Below, piece by piece: positions 29,953 through 38,977 of a stretch of 64,000 bases of DNA. Below the pieces are notes generated by a model. That model saw nothing but the letters and a program-made list of their open reading frames with translations, was not told the DNA's origin and made no database searches. Positions within the stretch are counted from its first letter, which is position 1, and each line of letters opens with the position of its first letter. The stretch covers positions 288 to 64,287 of the forward strand of contig JAMCQL010000037.1 in NCBI GenBank assembly GCA_023381615.1. The letters run 5' to 3'. The stretch is from Bacteroidota bacterium. Its GTDB lineage: Bacteria > Bacteroidota > Ignavibacteria > Kryptoniales > JAKASW01. The translations under genes were made by a program, and so were the position numbers.

Positions 29953-30001
29953 GGGACTCCTTTGGAGGAATACTTGCGCCCCAGCATAACTATATGAAAT
30001 T

Positions 30002-30934
30002 ATGGACGGCATAAAAATATTTTCAGGTCGAAGCAATCTTCCTCTCGCAGAGAAGATCGCGCATGAAATAGGCGAACCGCTCGGCGAGCGGGAGATTGTT
30101 AATTTCAGCGACGGCGAAATCTGGGTGAAGTACTCGGACAATATCCGCGGTGCGGACGTCTTCATCATCCAGAGCACATTCCCGCCGGCTGAAAATCTGA
30201 TGGAGCTTCTTATAATGATCGATGCCGCCAAGCGCGCTTCTGCGACGAGAGTTACGGCAGTCATCCCATACTTCGGTTATGCGCGTCAGGACAGGAAAGA
30301 CCAGCCGCGCGTTGCGATCACGTCGAAGTTGGTCGCAAACCTTTTGACAAAAGCCGGCGCAGAGCGCATACTGGCGATGGACTTGCATGCAGCGCAGATC
30401 CAGGGATTCTTTGACATACCTGTAGACCACTTGTACTCGTCTGCTGTCTTTGTGAAACATATAAAAGATTTAAAGATACCGAACCTCGTTGTTGTTTCTC
30501 CCGATGTCGGCGGGATCAAGTTTGCCCGTGCTTATGCGACGCGTCTCGAAGCGGACCTCGTCCTCATCGACAAGCGCCGGCCGAAGGCAAACGTCGCCGA
30601 AGTCGTAAATATTATCGGTGATGTAAAAGGGAAGAACGTTCTGATAGTTGACGACCTGATAGACACGGCGGGAACTTTCGTCGCCGGTGTGAATGCGTTG
30701 AAGACTGCCGGAGCGAATGAAATCTATGGCGCATGCACGCATCCGGTTTTCAGCGGCAACGCGATTGACAAAATTGAGAGCAGCGCAATAAAGAAACTTA
30801 TCGTCAGCGATACTGTTCCGATGAAACGTGAATCTGAAAAAATAGTAATAAAGTCGGTTGCAAGGCTTTTTGCCGAAGCGATCAGAAGAACTTACCAGAA
30901 CGAATCAATCAGTTCATTATTTGAAATCAAGTAA
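30002..30934 (+). CDS. prs: ribose-phosphate pyrophosphokinase
   Basis: 310 aa. MDGIKIFSGRSNLPLAEKIA..., ...IPYFGYARQDRK..., and PRPP loop VLIVDDLIDTAGT. Confidence 0.96.
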   Translation: MDGIKIFSGRSNLPLAEKIAHEIGEPLGEREIVNFSDGEIWVKYSDNIRGADVFIIQSTFPPAENLMELLIMIDAAKRASATRVTAVIPYFGYARQDRKDQPRVAITSKLVANLLTKAGAERILAMDLHAAQIQGFFDIPVDHLYSSAVFVKHIKDLKIPNLVVVSPDVGGIKFARAYATRLEADLVLIDKRRPKANVAEVVNIIGDVKGKNVLIVDDLIDTAGTFVAGVNALKTAGANEIYGACTHPVFSGNAIDKIESSAIKKLIVSDTVPMKRESEKIVIKSVARLFAEAIRRTYQNESISSLFEIK

Positions 30935-30943
30935 GAGGATAAA

Positions 30944-31645
30944 ATGGAAGACGTAGTATTGAATGTTGAGAAAAGGACTTTGATGGGCAAGAAAGCGAAG
31001 AGGGTTTTTGCTGAAAAGAAAATTCCCGGTGTGTTTTATCTAGGAACGGAAAATGTCGCAGTGCAGGCATACGAAGCGCCGGTTCGCTCGCTTGCCAGCT
31101 CGCATACCACGCACATTATAAAAGTAAAATTCCAGGATGGAACAGAGCGTCGGGCGATTTTGAACGATCTTCAGATTGACCCGGTTCTTGGCAGCATTAT
31201 ACATTTCGATTTACACGGGATTAAAGAAGGGCAGAAGATCATTTTACAAATTCCCGTGCAGCTTATTGGTACACCGAAAGGCGTTAAAGACGGCGGTATA
31301 GTCCAGCATTCAATTCATAGAATCAGAATTCAGTGTGATCCAGACAGTGTTCCCGAGCATATTGAAATAAATGTTTCTGAACTCGGCATTACTGACTCAG
31401 TTCATATAAAGGATATAAAACTCGAAGGGATTAAGATACTTGACAATCCCGAATCAGCAATCGTAACGATTGTTCCGCCGCCGACGCTCAAGGAGGAGAC
31501 TCCGGAAGCTGTTGCCGCGGCTGCTGCTGAACAGCCGGCAGAACCTGAAGTCATCGGAAAGTCCAAGAAGGTAGAGGAAGAGGAAGGCGAAGAAAAAGAG
31601 GAAAAGGAAAAAGGGAAAGATAAGGAAAAGAAGAAGGGCGAGTGA
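30944..31645 (+). CDS. rplY: 50S ribosomal protein L25 / general stress protein Ctc
   Basis: 233 aa. It has the two-domain Ctc form, an acidic/Lys-rich tail, and the conserved prs-ctc-pth gene order. Confidence 0.9.
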   Translation: MEDVVLNVEKRTLMGKKAKRVFAEKKIPGVFYLGTENVAVQAYEAPVRSLASSHTTHIIKVKFQDGTERRAILNDLQIDPVLGSIIHFDLHGIKEGQKIILQIPVQLIGTPKGVKDGGIVQHSIHRIRIQCDPDSVPEHIEINVSELGITDSVHIKDIKLEGIKILDNPESAIVTIVPPPTLKEETPEAVAAAAAEQPAEPEVIGKSKKVEEEEGEEKEEKEKGKDKEKKKGE

Positions 31646-31681
31646 TTTTTTGCGTAAGGTTCTGATCTTGTGGGCAAGAAG

Positions 31682-32239
31682 ATGATTGTCGGTTTGGGAA
31701 ACGTCGGTCGAGAGTATGAGGGGACGCGGCATAACGTCGGCTTTATGGTTGCCGATGAGGTTGCTTCAAAGTTCAAGAAAAAATTTCTTCCCGGGAAAGG
31801 CGAATACTATGTGTCCGAAATGCGTCACGCCGGCGAAGCGGTTGTCCTGCTCAAGCCGACGACTTTCATGAATAACAGCGGCGTTGCCGTGAAAGATGCG
31901 GCAGAAAAATTCGGGATAGAGCTTAAGGATTTGCTCGTAATTTGTGATGATTTCAATCTTTCGCTGGGAAAGCTACGACTGAGAAAAAACGGCAGCGACG
32001 GCGGACACAATGGAATTTATTCTATCATTTATCATTTAAATGACGATGGCTTCCCCCGGTTGAGATGTGGAATAGGAACTGAAGAAGTGACGCCGGGGAG
32101 AGACATGGCAGATTTTGTTCTTTCAAAGTTCGAAGCGGAAGAAATTCCGGAAGCGGAGAAGATGGTGAAGAGCGCCGCCGACGCGGTGTTCGTCTTCATC
32201 AACGAAGGAATTGAAACCGCAATGAATAGATTTAACTAA
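31682..32239 (+). CDS. pth: peptidyl-tRNA hydrolase
   Basis: MIVGLGNVGREYEGTRHNVGF...GHNG... The ORF track starts at GTG 31670, but ATG 31682 matches the usual N-terminus. Confidence 0.95.
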   Translation: MIVGLGNVGREYEGTRHNVGFMVADEVASKFKKKFLPGKGEYYVSEMRHAGEAVVLLKPTTFMNNSGVAVKDAAEKFGIELKDLLVICDDFNLSLGKLRLRKNGSDGGHNGIYSIIYHLNDDGFPRLRCGIGTEEVTPGRDMADFVLSKFEAEEIPEAEKMVKSAADAVFVFINEGIETAMNRFN

Positions 32240-32300
32240 ACTAAAACTGCTGTCTGTTTCACCGGCGGACAGCCAAATTGACCAAAGGAGGTGAAGTAAA

Positions 32301-32750
32301 CTGAATACCATTCAGCGAGAATACGAGACAACATTTATCATCAATTCCAACCTTGAAGACAATCAGGTCGAGACTGTAATCGCGCGCTACCAGCAATTTA
32401 TTTCCAAGAACAGCGGCGAAGTAACGAACATCGATCGTTGGGGAAGAAGACGTCTCGCGTACACAATCAAAAAGAAAAATGCAGGTTATTACGTGCAGAT
32501 CCTTCACAAGTCCCAGACCGATATCGTCTCCAAACTCGAGCAGATGTTCAAGCTCGATGAGGACGTCATTCGTCACCTTACAGTTGTAGTTGACAAGAAC
32601 ATGCTGAAAGCCCGTGCGGGCATGAAAAAACGCCGCCATCAGCGCGCGTCGAAGAATGAACAGGCTGATCTGTCCAATCAGACGGATGAGCCACGTCCTT
32701 TGGTTGGACGGACGACCGCTATCGCAGAAAAAGATCATGATGAGAAGTAG
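32301..32750 (+). CDS. rpsF: 30S ribosomal protein S6 (non-canonical start)
   Basis: ...REYETTFIINSNLEDNQVETVIARYQQFISKNSGEVTNIDRWGRRRLAYTIKKKNAGYYV... is S6. The frame opens after TGA 32292-32294 and has no ATG/GTG/TTG before the conserved N-terminus. CTG 32301 lies 6 nt after AAGGAGGTG. The ORF track shows only the 3' half (32493..32750). Confidence 0.85.
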   Translation: MNTIQREYETTFIINSNLEDNQVETVIARYQQFISKNSGEVTNIDRWGRRRLAYTIKKKNAGYYVQILHKSQTDIVSKLEQMFKLDEDVIRHLTVVVDKNMLKARAGMKKRRHQRASKNEQADLSNQTDEPRPLVGRTTAIAEKDHDEK

Positions 32751-32796
32751 TAGGGCAAGTTTAAAACTTGCCGCTAAATAATTGATGGAGGATTTT

Positions 32797-33267
32797 ATGG
32801 CTGAATTAAAGATGCCCGAAATGAACAGTGTTGTAATTGCAGGTAACTTGACAAAAGATCCAATATTCCGCCAAACAACGAACGGGACGCCGGTTGTAAA
32901 CTTTACCGTGGCTTCCAACAGAAAATTCCGCGACAGCGCGAACCAGTGGCAGGAAGACGTTTGCTACGTCGGTATAGTCGCGTGGAACAAGCTCGCCGAC
33001 AGCTGCCGCGACAGACTGAAGAAGGGAAGCGCGGTTCTGATCGACGGCGAACTTCAGAGCCGCAACTGGAAGACAGATGATGGACACAATCGTTCGATTG
33101 TCGAGATCAAGGCGAGAAGAATCCAGTTCTTGAATAAGCGCGGGCGTCTATCAGATGTTTCTTCCGAGCAAGTTGCAGAAGAAGAGCTAACAACGTTCAC
33201 GGATGATTCTTTCGATCGTTTTCTGACGAACGAGGAATCTGACTTGCTCAAAAACAACGGACACTAA
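32797..33267 (+). CDS. ssb: single-stranded DNA-binding protein
   Basis: MAELKMPEMNSVVIAGNLTKDPIFRQTTNGTPVVNFTVASNRKF... is an OB fold. ATG 32797 follows GGAGG. The gene sits in the rpsF-ssb-rpsR position. Confidence 0.9.
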   Translation: MAELKMPEMNSVVIAGNLTKDPIFRQTTNGTPVVNFTVASNRKFRDSANQWQEDVCYVGIVAWNKLADSCRDRLKKGSAVLIDGELQSRNWKTDDGHNRSIVEIKARRIQFLNKRGRLSDVSSEQVAEEELTTFTDDSFDRFLTNEESDLLKNNGH

Positions 33268-33284
33268 AATAGTGAGTAAATGAA

Positions 33285-33521
33285 TTGGTACCAGTAAAAG
33301 AAATAAAGAAAAGAAAAGTTTGCAGGTTCTGCGAGAGCGGAGACATTTACATTGATTACAAAGATGAGAAACGTCTCATAAAGTTCACATCCGAGCAGGG
33401 GAAGATTATTCCCCGGCGCGTGACAGGAACCTGCGCTAAGCATCAGCGCCAGCTTGGGCTTTCAATCAAGCGCGCGCGTCACCTTGCGCTGCTGCCGTTT
33501 GTCTCCGATATAATCAGATAA
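33285..33521 (+). CDS. rpsR: 30S ribosomal protein S18
   Basis: ...[60 protein letters not shown]. Confidence 0.95.
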   Translation: MVPVKEIKKRKVCRFCESGDIYIDYKDEKRLIKFTSEQGKIIPRRVTGTCAKHQRQLGLSIKRARHLALLPFVSDIIR

Positions 33522-33540
33522 TAAAAGCAGTCAGCTATCA

Positions 33541-33590
33541 GCAATCAGCGGACAGCTAAGTCCTGATGGCTGAACGCTGATCGCTTTTTT
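33541..33590 (+). terminator. terminator/attenuator-like hairpin between rpsR and rplI
   Basis: GCAATCAGCG...CGCTGATCGC (9/10 bp, with an inner CAGC/GCTG extension) followed by TTTTTT, then immediately the AAGGAG SD of rplI. Confidence 0.6.
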
Positions 33591-33601
33591 AAGGAGTTAT
33601 T

Positions 33602-34051
33602 ATGAAAGTCATATTGAGAAAGAATTACGAAGGACTCGGTGAGATCGGTAAAGTGGTCGACGTGCGTGACGGTTACGCGCGGAATTTTCTCATCCCGCAG
33701 AAGGTTGCGTATCCGTATTCGCCGGGACACTTGAAAATGATCGAGAACGAGAAAAAGGCTTATGAGTCGAAGCAGAATCGCGAGATTCACGATGCGGAAA
33801 CGTTTGCTCAGAAGCTCAACGGAGTCGAGATAACTATCGAAGTTCAAGCCGGCGAAGAGGATAAGCTTTTCGGTTCGGTTACTTCGCAGATGATTGCAGA
33901 TAAATTGACCGAAAAAGGGTTTGAAGTGGACCGCAGACGGGTCGAACTTGCTGAGCCCATAAAGTCGCTCGGCAGCTACAAAGTCCAGGTGAAGGTTCAT
34001 CAGCAGGTTTCTGCCGAAATCAGCGTGTCCGTAGTAAAACAGCCGGAATAA
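33602..34051 (+). CDS. rplI: 50S ribosomal protein L9
   Basis: MKVILRKNYEGLGEIGKVVDVRDGYARNFLIPQKVA... Confidence 0.95.
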   Translation: MKVILRKNYEGLGEIGKVVDVRDGYARNFLIPQKVAYPYSPGHLKMIENEKKAYESKQNREIHDAETFAQKLNGVEITIEVQAGEEDKLFGSVTSQMIADKLTEKGFEVDRRRVELAEPIKSLGSYKVQVKVHQQVSAEISVSVVKQPE

Positions 34052-34175
34052 ATTCTAAGGCTGAACTATTCTGTTGCGGGCATTGGCGAAACCCATTGCT
34101 TGCTATTTACATCTCATTAAGTGACAGTTTCTTGACTGACTTTGAATACTGCTTTAACTTAATGAGGAGAATGAA

Positions 34176-34904
34176 GTGGAAAACGTAAATATCCTGACGG
34201 CATTTATCTTTGGAATAATTTCCTTTATCTCACCATGCGTCCTGCCAATAGTGCCGGGATACCTGTCTTTTATAAGCGGCTACAGCTTCGATGAGATGGT
34301 CAACAGCTCCCGTTCCGAACTTTTTAAAAAGGTCACTATAAACTCGATACTTTTCATAATCGGTTTTTCATTGATCTTTGTCACGCTTGGCGCCTCGGCG
34401 ACGGCGGTTGGGCGATTCTTAGTTGAGAAAATGGATTTCTTTTCGAAAATAGCCGGAGCAATCATTATGATATTCGGTTTGCACATGACGGGGATTTTCA
34501 AGATAAAGTTTCTCAATTACGAGAAGAAATTTCATTCAGATAAGAAGATCGGTCCGCTCGGTTCGTTTGTAGCCGGACTTGCGTTTGCTTTCGGTTGGAC
34601 GCCGTGCATCGGACCGGTGCTCGCGGCGATACTTGCAATTGCGGCGCAGCAAGATACGATTGGAAAAGGAATAGTTCTCCTTTCCGCATATTCACTGGGA
34701 TTGGGAATACCGTTCCTGATAACGAGCCTCAGCATAAACGCATTTCTTGCGTTCTTCAAAAAATTCAGCAGATACATCAGGTGGGTTGAGATAGGAGGCG
34801 GGGTTCTTTTAATACTTGTTGGATTTCTGATAATGACGAACAACTTAACTGTGCTTTCAAGTTATTTTGCAAAGTGGTTCCCCTTTCTGAACGAACTATC
34901 TTGA
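34176..34904 (+). CDS. ccdA: cytochrome c biogenesis / thiol-disulfide transporter CcdA (DsbD family)
   Basis: 242 aa with six TM helices. FISPCVLPIVPGYLSFISG and ...GWTPCIGPVLAAIL... provide the two conserved Cys motifs. Confidence 0.9.
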   Translation: MENVNILTAFIFGIISFISPCVLPIVPGYLSFISGYSFDEMVNSSRSELFKKVTINSILFIIGFSLIFVTLGASATAVGRFLVEKMDFFSKIAGAIIMIFGLHMTGIFKIKFLNYEKKFHSDKKIGPLGSFVAGLAFAFGWTPCIGPVLAAILAIAAQQDTIGKGIVLLSAYSLGLGIPFLITSLSINAFLAFFKKFSRYIRWVEIGGGVLLILVGFLIMTNNLTVLSSYFAKWFPFLNELS

Positions 34905-34929
34905 AAGCAATTAACCAAAGGAAACTTGT

Positions 34930-36765
34930 ATGAGTAAGACGATTGAAACATTGGATGACGTAGTGATACGATTCGCTGGTGATTCAGGCGATGGAATGCA
35001 GCTTACCGGCACACAGTTTACAAATACAACTGCGCTGGTCGGCAACGATTTGAGTACGCTTCCCGATTATCCTGCGGAGATCAGAGCCCCTGCCGGGACG
35101 CTGTTCGGTGTGTCGAGTTTTCAACTACACTTTTCAAGTATGGATATTTTGACGCCGGGCGACTATCCGGACGTTTTGGTGGCGATGAATCCCGCTGCTT
35201 TGAAAGTTCACTTGAAAGATTTGAAGAAGGGCGGCTTAATATTAGTCAACACTGATTCGTTTGATGATAAGAATCTTAACCTTGCCGGCTATAAAACGAG
35301 TCCGCTGACTGATGGTTCGCTCAGCAATTTTCAAGTTATTGAGGTACCAGTTACAAAATTAACTTTGAACGCACTGCAGGGAATGGGACTTTCACAGAAG
35401 GTAATGGTTCGCTGCAAAAACTTCTTCGCACTTGGTCTGATGTACTGGCTCTATTCAAGACCGACGGAGCCGACGGAAGAATGGGTGCACGAAAAATTTG
35501 GAAAAGAGCCCGAGCTTGCCGAAGCAAACATAAAGGCGTTGAAAGCGGGTTATTACTACGGTGAGACGACGGAAGCTTTCACTTCACAATTCGAAGTAAA
35601 GCCTGCACAGTTAAAACCCGGTTTGTACAGAAACATCACGGGCAACGAAGCGACGGCTCTCGGCGTTGTTGCTGCCGCACAGAAGGCAGGAATACCGCTT
35701 TACTACGCAAGTTACCCGATCACTCCTGCGAGCGACATTCTTCACAACTTGTCGGCGTACAAAAATTTTGGCGTGAAGACTTATCAGGCTGAAGATGAGA
35801 TCGCGGCGGCTGGCGCTGCTGTGGGTGCATCTTACGCGGGTAATTTGGCGGTAACGGGAACGAGCGGTCCCGGCGCAGCACTGAAATCCGAGACGATCAG
35901 TCTTGGAATAATGCTTGAGCTTCCGCTTGTCATTGTTGATGTTCAGCGCGGCGGACCGTCGACTGGTTTGCCGACAAAGACGGAACAGTCCGACTTGATG
36001 TTCGTTACATACGGACGTCACGGCGAAGCGCCCGCTCCGGTTATTGCGGCGGCGACTCCGGCAGACTGTTTCGCAATGGCTTACGAAGCGGCAAGGATAG
36101 CCGTGAAATACATGACGCCGGTTTATTTGCTCACGGACGGTTATCTGGCAAATGGCAGCGAGCCGTGGCTCGTTCCCGATGCGAAAGATCTTCCGGCGAT
36201 ACCGGTCAGCTTCAGAACCGATCCCGAGAATTTCCATCCGTATTCAAGGAACGAAAACAACGTCAGGCCTTGGGCGCTTCCGGGAACTCCAGGACTCGAG
36301 CACAGAATCGGCGGATTGGAAAAAGCGAACATCACCGGCAACGTGAGCTACGATCCGGACAACCACGATGCGATGGTTCACCTCAGAGCCGAGAAAGTCG
36401 CAGGCATCGCGAAGGATATTCCGCTTCAGGATGTCTACGGCGAACAGAGCGGTGAATTACTCGTGGTAAGCTGGGGCGGAACTTTCGGCGCGGTCAGGTC
36501 TTCGGTTGACAGGCTGCGCAAGAAAGGATATAAAATTTCTCACGCTCATCTGCGCTACCTGAATCCTTTCCCGAGAAACCTCGGCGACGTTTTAAAGAAC
36601 TTCAAAAAGATATTCGTACCGGAAATAAATCTTGGACAACTTTCAAAGCTCTTGAAGACGGAATATCTCACTCCGGTGATTCAATTCAATAAGGTGAGAG
36701 GTTTGCCTCTGAGATCAACAGAATTAGAACAAGCTATTATAAATGCGTTAGGAGGTGCTAAGTAA
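34930..36765 (+). CDS. korA: 2-oxoglutarate/2-oxoacid:ferredoxin oxidoreductase subunit alpha (fused gamma-alpha)
   Basis: 611 aa. The N-terminal gamma-like [13 protein letters not shown] is followed by the alpha domain ...[12 protein letters not shown]...GTSGPG... Confidence 0.9.
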   Translation: MSKTIETLDDVVIRFAGDSGDGMQLTGTQFTNTTALVGNDLSTLPDYPAEIRAPAGTLFGVSSFQLHFSSMDILTPGDYPDVLVAMNPAALKVHLKDLKKGGLILVNTDSFDDKNLNLAGYKTSPLTDGSLSNFQVIEVPVTKLTLNALQGMGLSQKVMVRCKNFFALGLMYWLYSRPTEPTEEWVHEKFGKEPELAEANIKALKAGYYYGETTEAFTSQFEVKPAQLKPGLYRNITGNEATALGVVAAAQKAGIPLYYASYPITPASDILHNLSAYKNFGVKTYQAEDEIAAAGAAVGASYAGNLAVTGTSGPGAALKSETISLGIMLELPLVIVDVQRGGPSTGLPTKTEQSDLMFVTYGRHGEAPAPVIAAATPADCFAMAYEAARIAVKYMTPVYLLTDGYLANGSEPWLVPDAKDLPAIPVSFRTDPENFHPYSRNENNVRPWALPGTPGLEHRIGGLEKANITGNVSYDPDNHDAMVHLRAEKVAGIAKDIPLQDVYGEQSGELLVVSWGGTFGAVRSSVDRLRKKGYKISHAHLRYLNPFPRNLGDVLKNFKKIFVPEINLGQLSKLLKTEYLTPVIQFNKVRGLPLRSTELEQAIINALGGAK

Positions 36766-37808
36766 TGGCTGCGACAAATGGAAATGGTGAAGTTCAGACA
36801 AAGAAATACACCGCAAAAGATTTTGCATCGGATCAGGATGTAAGATGGTGTCCGGGGTGCGGAGACTATTCGATTCTCGCGCAGGTTCAAAGGATCCTTC
36901 CGGAGCTTGACGTGCCGAAAGAGAAACACGTTTTCATCTCAGGCATAGGCTGCTCGAGTAGGTTTCCGTATTACATGAACGCATACGGTGTTCACGGAAT
37001 ACACGGACGCGCGCCGGCAATTGCGAGCGGCGTAAAAACCGCCAATCCAGATCTCACGGTTTGGGTTGCAACCGGAGACGGCGATGCGCTCTCTATTGGT
37101 GGAAACCATATCATTCATTCTTTGAGGCGCAACATCGGATTGAAGATCCTGATGTTCAACAACAGGATTTATGGTCTGACGAAGGGACAGTATTCTCCGA
37201 CATCCGAGCTTGGTAAAAAGACAAAGTCGACTCCGTTCGGAACGATCGACTATCCGTTCAATCCCGTCCAGCTTGCGCTCGGCGCGGAAGGGACTTTCGT
37301 CGCGCGTTCGCTTGACAGAGACCCGAAGCATCTCCAGCAGGTGCTCTTGAGAGCGACGAAACATAATGGAACTGCATTCGTCGAGATTTACCAGAACTGC
37401 AACGTGTTCAACGACGGCGCATTTTTTGTTTTCACGGAAAAAGAGACGAAGCCCGACAATATCCTTTACCTTGAACAAGGCAAGCCGCTTGTTTTCGGAA
37501 AAGAAAACGACAAGGGAATAAGACTGAATGGTTTCACTCCCGAAGTCGTATCCTTGAAAGACGGCAAATGGAGCGTCAGTGATATTCTCGTTTACGACGA
37601 AACCTCATTTGATCTCGCTGTGCTGCTCGCCACTTTCAGCGACAGAGCAGGCTTCCCGACACCGATAGGAGTTTTCTATCAGGTCGAGCGGAAGAGCTAC
37701 GAAAAAATGATGACAGAACAAATTGAAAGCGTGACAAAGAAGCGCGGCGCAGGCGATCTCGACAAGCTGCTGAAGTCGGGAAACACCTGGGTTGTTTCAG
37801 CGAACTAG
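36765..37808 (+). CDS. korB: 2-oxoglutarate/2-oxoacid:ferredoxin oxidoreductase subunit beta
   Basis: 347 aa. WCPGCGDYSIL..., TPP motif GDGDALSIGGNH...NNRIYGLTKGQ. The start overlaps the korA stop (ATGA-type junction). Confidence 0.9.
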   Translation: MAATNGNGEVQTKKYTAKDFASDQDVRWCPGCGDYSILAQVQRILPELDVPKEKHVFISGIGCSSRFPYYMNAYGVHGIHGRAPAIASGVKTANPDLTVWVATGDGDALSIGGNHIIHSLRRNIGLKILMFNNRIYGLTKGQYSPTSELGKKTKSTPFGTIDYPFNPVQLALGAEGTFVARSLDRDPKHLQQVLLRATKHNGTAFVEIYQNCNVFNDGAFFVFTEKETKPDNILYLEQGKPLVFGKENDKGIRLNGFTPEVVSLKDGKWSVSDILVYDETSFDLAVLLATFSDRAGFPTPIGVFYQVERKSYEKMMTEQIESVTKKRGAGDLDKLLKSGNTWVVSAN

Positions 37809-37815
37809 CCAACAG

Positions 37816-37839
37816 GGGCGGTCAACTGACCGCCCTTTT
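37816..37839 (+). terminator. rho-independent terminator after korB
   Basis: GGGCGGTC-AACT-GACCGCCC followed by TTTT. Confidence 0.7.
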
Positions 37840-37867
37840 GCTTTCCCCAAATTATCAAGGAGATTTG

Positions 37868-38890
37868 ATGAGTCATCCCACAGGATCCTTCGGACAGGAG
37901 CTTGTTGATATTTTTCGACAATTGGTAGATGGAAATAAAAAATTTGTTTTGACGACGCATGTTAATCCGGACGGCGACGGACTCGGTTCGGAGCTTGCTT
38001 TAAATAGATTTTTGAAGAAAGTAGGCAAGGAATCGGTGATACTCAATCACAGCGAAACTCCTTCTAGTCATGTTTTTCTGGACTATGACAACGAAATAAA
38101 GAAATTCGACCAGGAAAAAGATGCGAAACTTATTCTTGACGCCGACGTTCTAATCGTGTTGGATATGAACAATTCCGCGCGACTGAGAAGTCTCGAGAAG
38201 TACTTTCTCAAGAGCAAAGCTAAGAAGGTCGTGATCGACCACCATCTTGACGCGCAGGACTTTGTCGATTATATGCTTATTGATCTTGATTCTCCGGCGA
38301 CGGCAGAAATTGTTTACCGTTTCTTAGCCGGATACGATCCAAGTTTGATTGACAAGGGGATTGCCGAAGCGATCTACGCAGGCATCATGACGGACACCGG
38401 CTCATTTCGCTTTCCGCGAACCGATGCCGACCTCCATCGGATTACCGCGCATTTGCTCGAACTCGGCGTCGATCCGAATTATGTTTACAATAATTTGTTT
38501 GAACAAAACTCGCTCGGACGGACGAGGCTTCTTGGCGAAGTATTGGCGAGTGTACAATTGGCGTGCGGAGGACGTGTTTCCTATTTCTCGATTACACTCG
38601 AGCAGTTGAAGAGAAATAGAGTAATGCCGGACGAGACTGATAGTTTTGTCAATCAAGCAGGAGCCATTGCGGGAGTCGTAGTTACAATTTTCTTTATGGA
38701 ACTTCCCGACGGCGTAAAGATAAGTTTCAGGTCGAAAGGTGAAATTCCTGTAAACGAACTTGCCAAGCTTTACGGCGGCGGCGGACATAAAAACGCGGCT
38801 GGCGCAAGAGTGTTCAAAGTCCAACTAAATGAAATGGTTCAGAAAGTTTTGAAGGACGTTGAGAAAATTCTACCTCGGCCAGAGGCTTGA
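37868..38890 (+). CDS. nrnA: DHH/DHHA1 phosphoesterase (NrnA-type oligoribonuclease / pAp phosphatase)
   Basis: HVNPDGDGLGS (DHH region), DHH...ID, and GGGHKNAAG (DHHA1). ATG 37868 follows AAGGAGA. The ORF track starts earlier, inside the terminator. Confidence 0.85.
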   Translation: MSHPTGSFGQELVDIFRQLVDGNKKFVLTTHVNPDGDGLGSELALNRFLKKVGKESVILNHSETPSSHVFLDYDNEIKKFDQEKDAKLILDADVLIVLDMNNSARLRSLEKYFLKSKAKKVVIDHHLDAQDFVDYMLIDLDSPATAEIVYRFLAGYDPSLIDKGIAEAIYAGIMTDTGSFRFPRTDADLHRITAHLLELGVDPNYVYNNLFEQNSLGRTRLLGEVLASVQLACGGRVSYFSITLEQLKRNRVMPDETDSFVNQAGAIAGVVVTIFFMELPDGVKISFRSKGEIPVNELAKLYGGGGHKNAAGARVFKVQLNEMVQKVLKDVEKILPRPEA

Positions 38891-38977
38891 GCCTGAGGCT
38901 CATCAGCCTTTGGCTGAGATGCGCCTATGGCGCAGAAGTAAAATTCCATTGTCCAAAGGATCCCAAGGAGAGGAGAA

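Noticed and set aside
29740-30264. Minus-strand ORF of 174 aa
   Set aside because: It runs antisense through the prs 5' end and the MITE and tRNA-like debris. It has no SD and its composition is implausible.
32259-32918. Minus-strand ORF of 219 aa
   Set aside because: It is antisense to rpsF and the start of ssb, both of which are unambiguous.
35611-37478. Minus-strand ORFs 35611..36237 and 36939..37478 (Arg-rich)
   Set aside because: They are antisense to korA and korB. Their Arg/Ser-rich composition is typical of reverse frames of GC-rich codons.
38881-38940. Two small 6-bp hairpins with 3-nt loops after nrnA (TCAGCC-TTT-GGCTGA and TGCGCC-TAT-GGCGCA) considered as a terminator
   Set aside because: There is no U-tail and the stems are very short. 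They could be weak REP-like sequences, but the evidence is insufficient.
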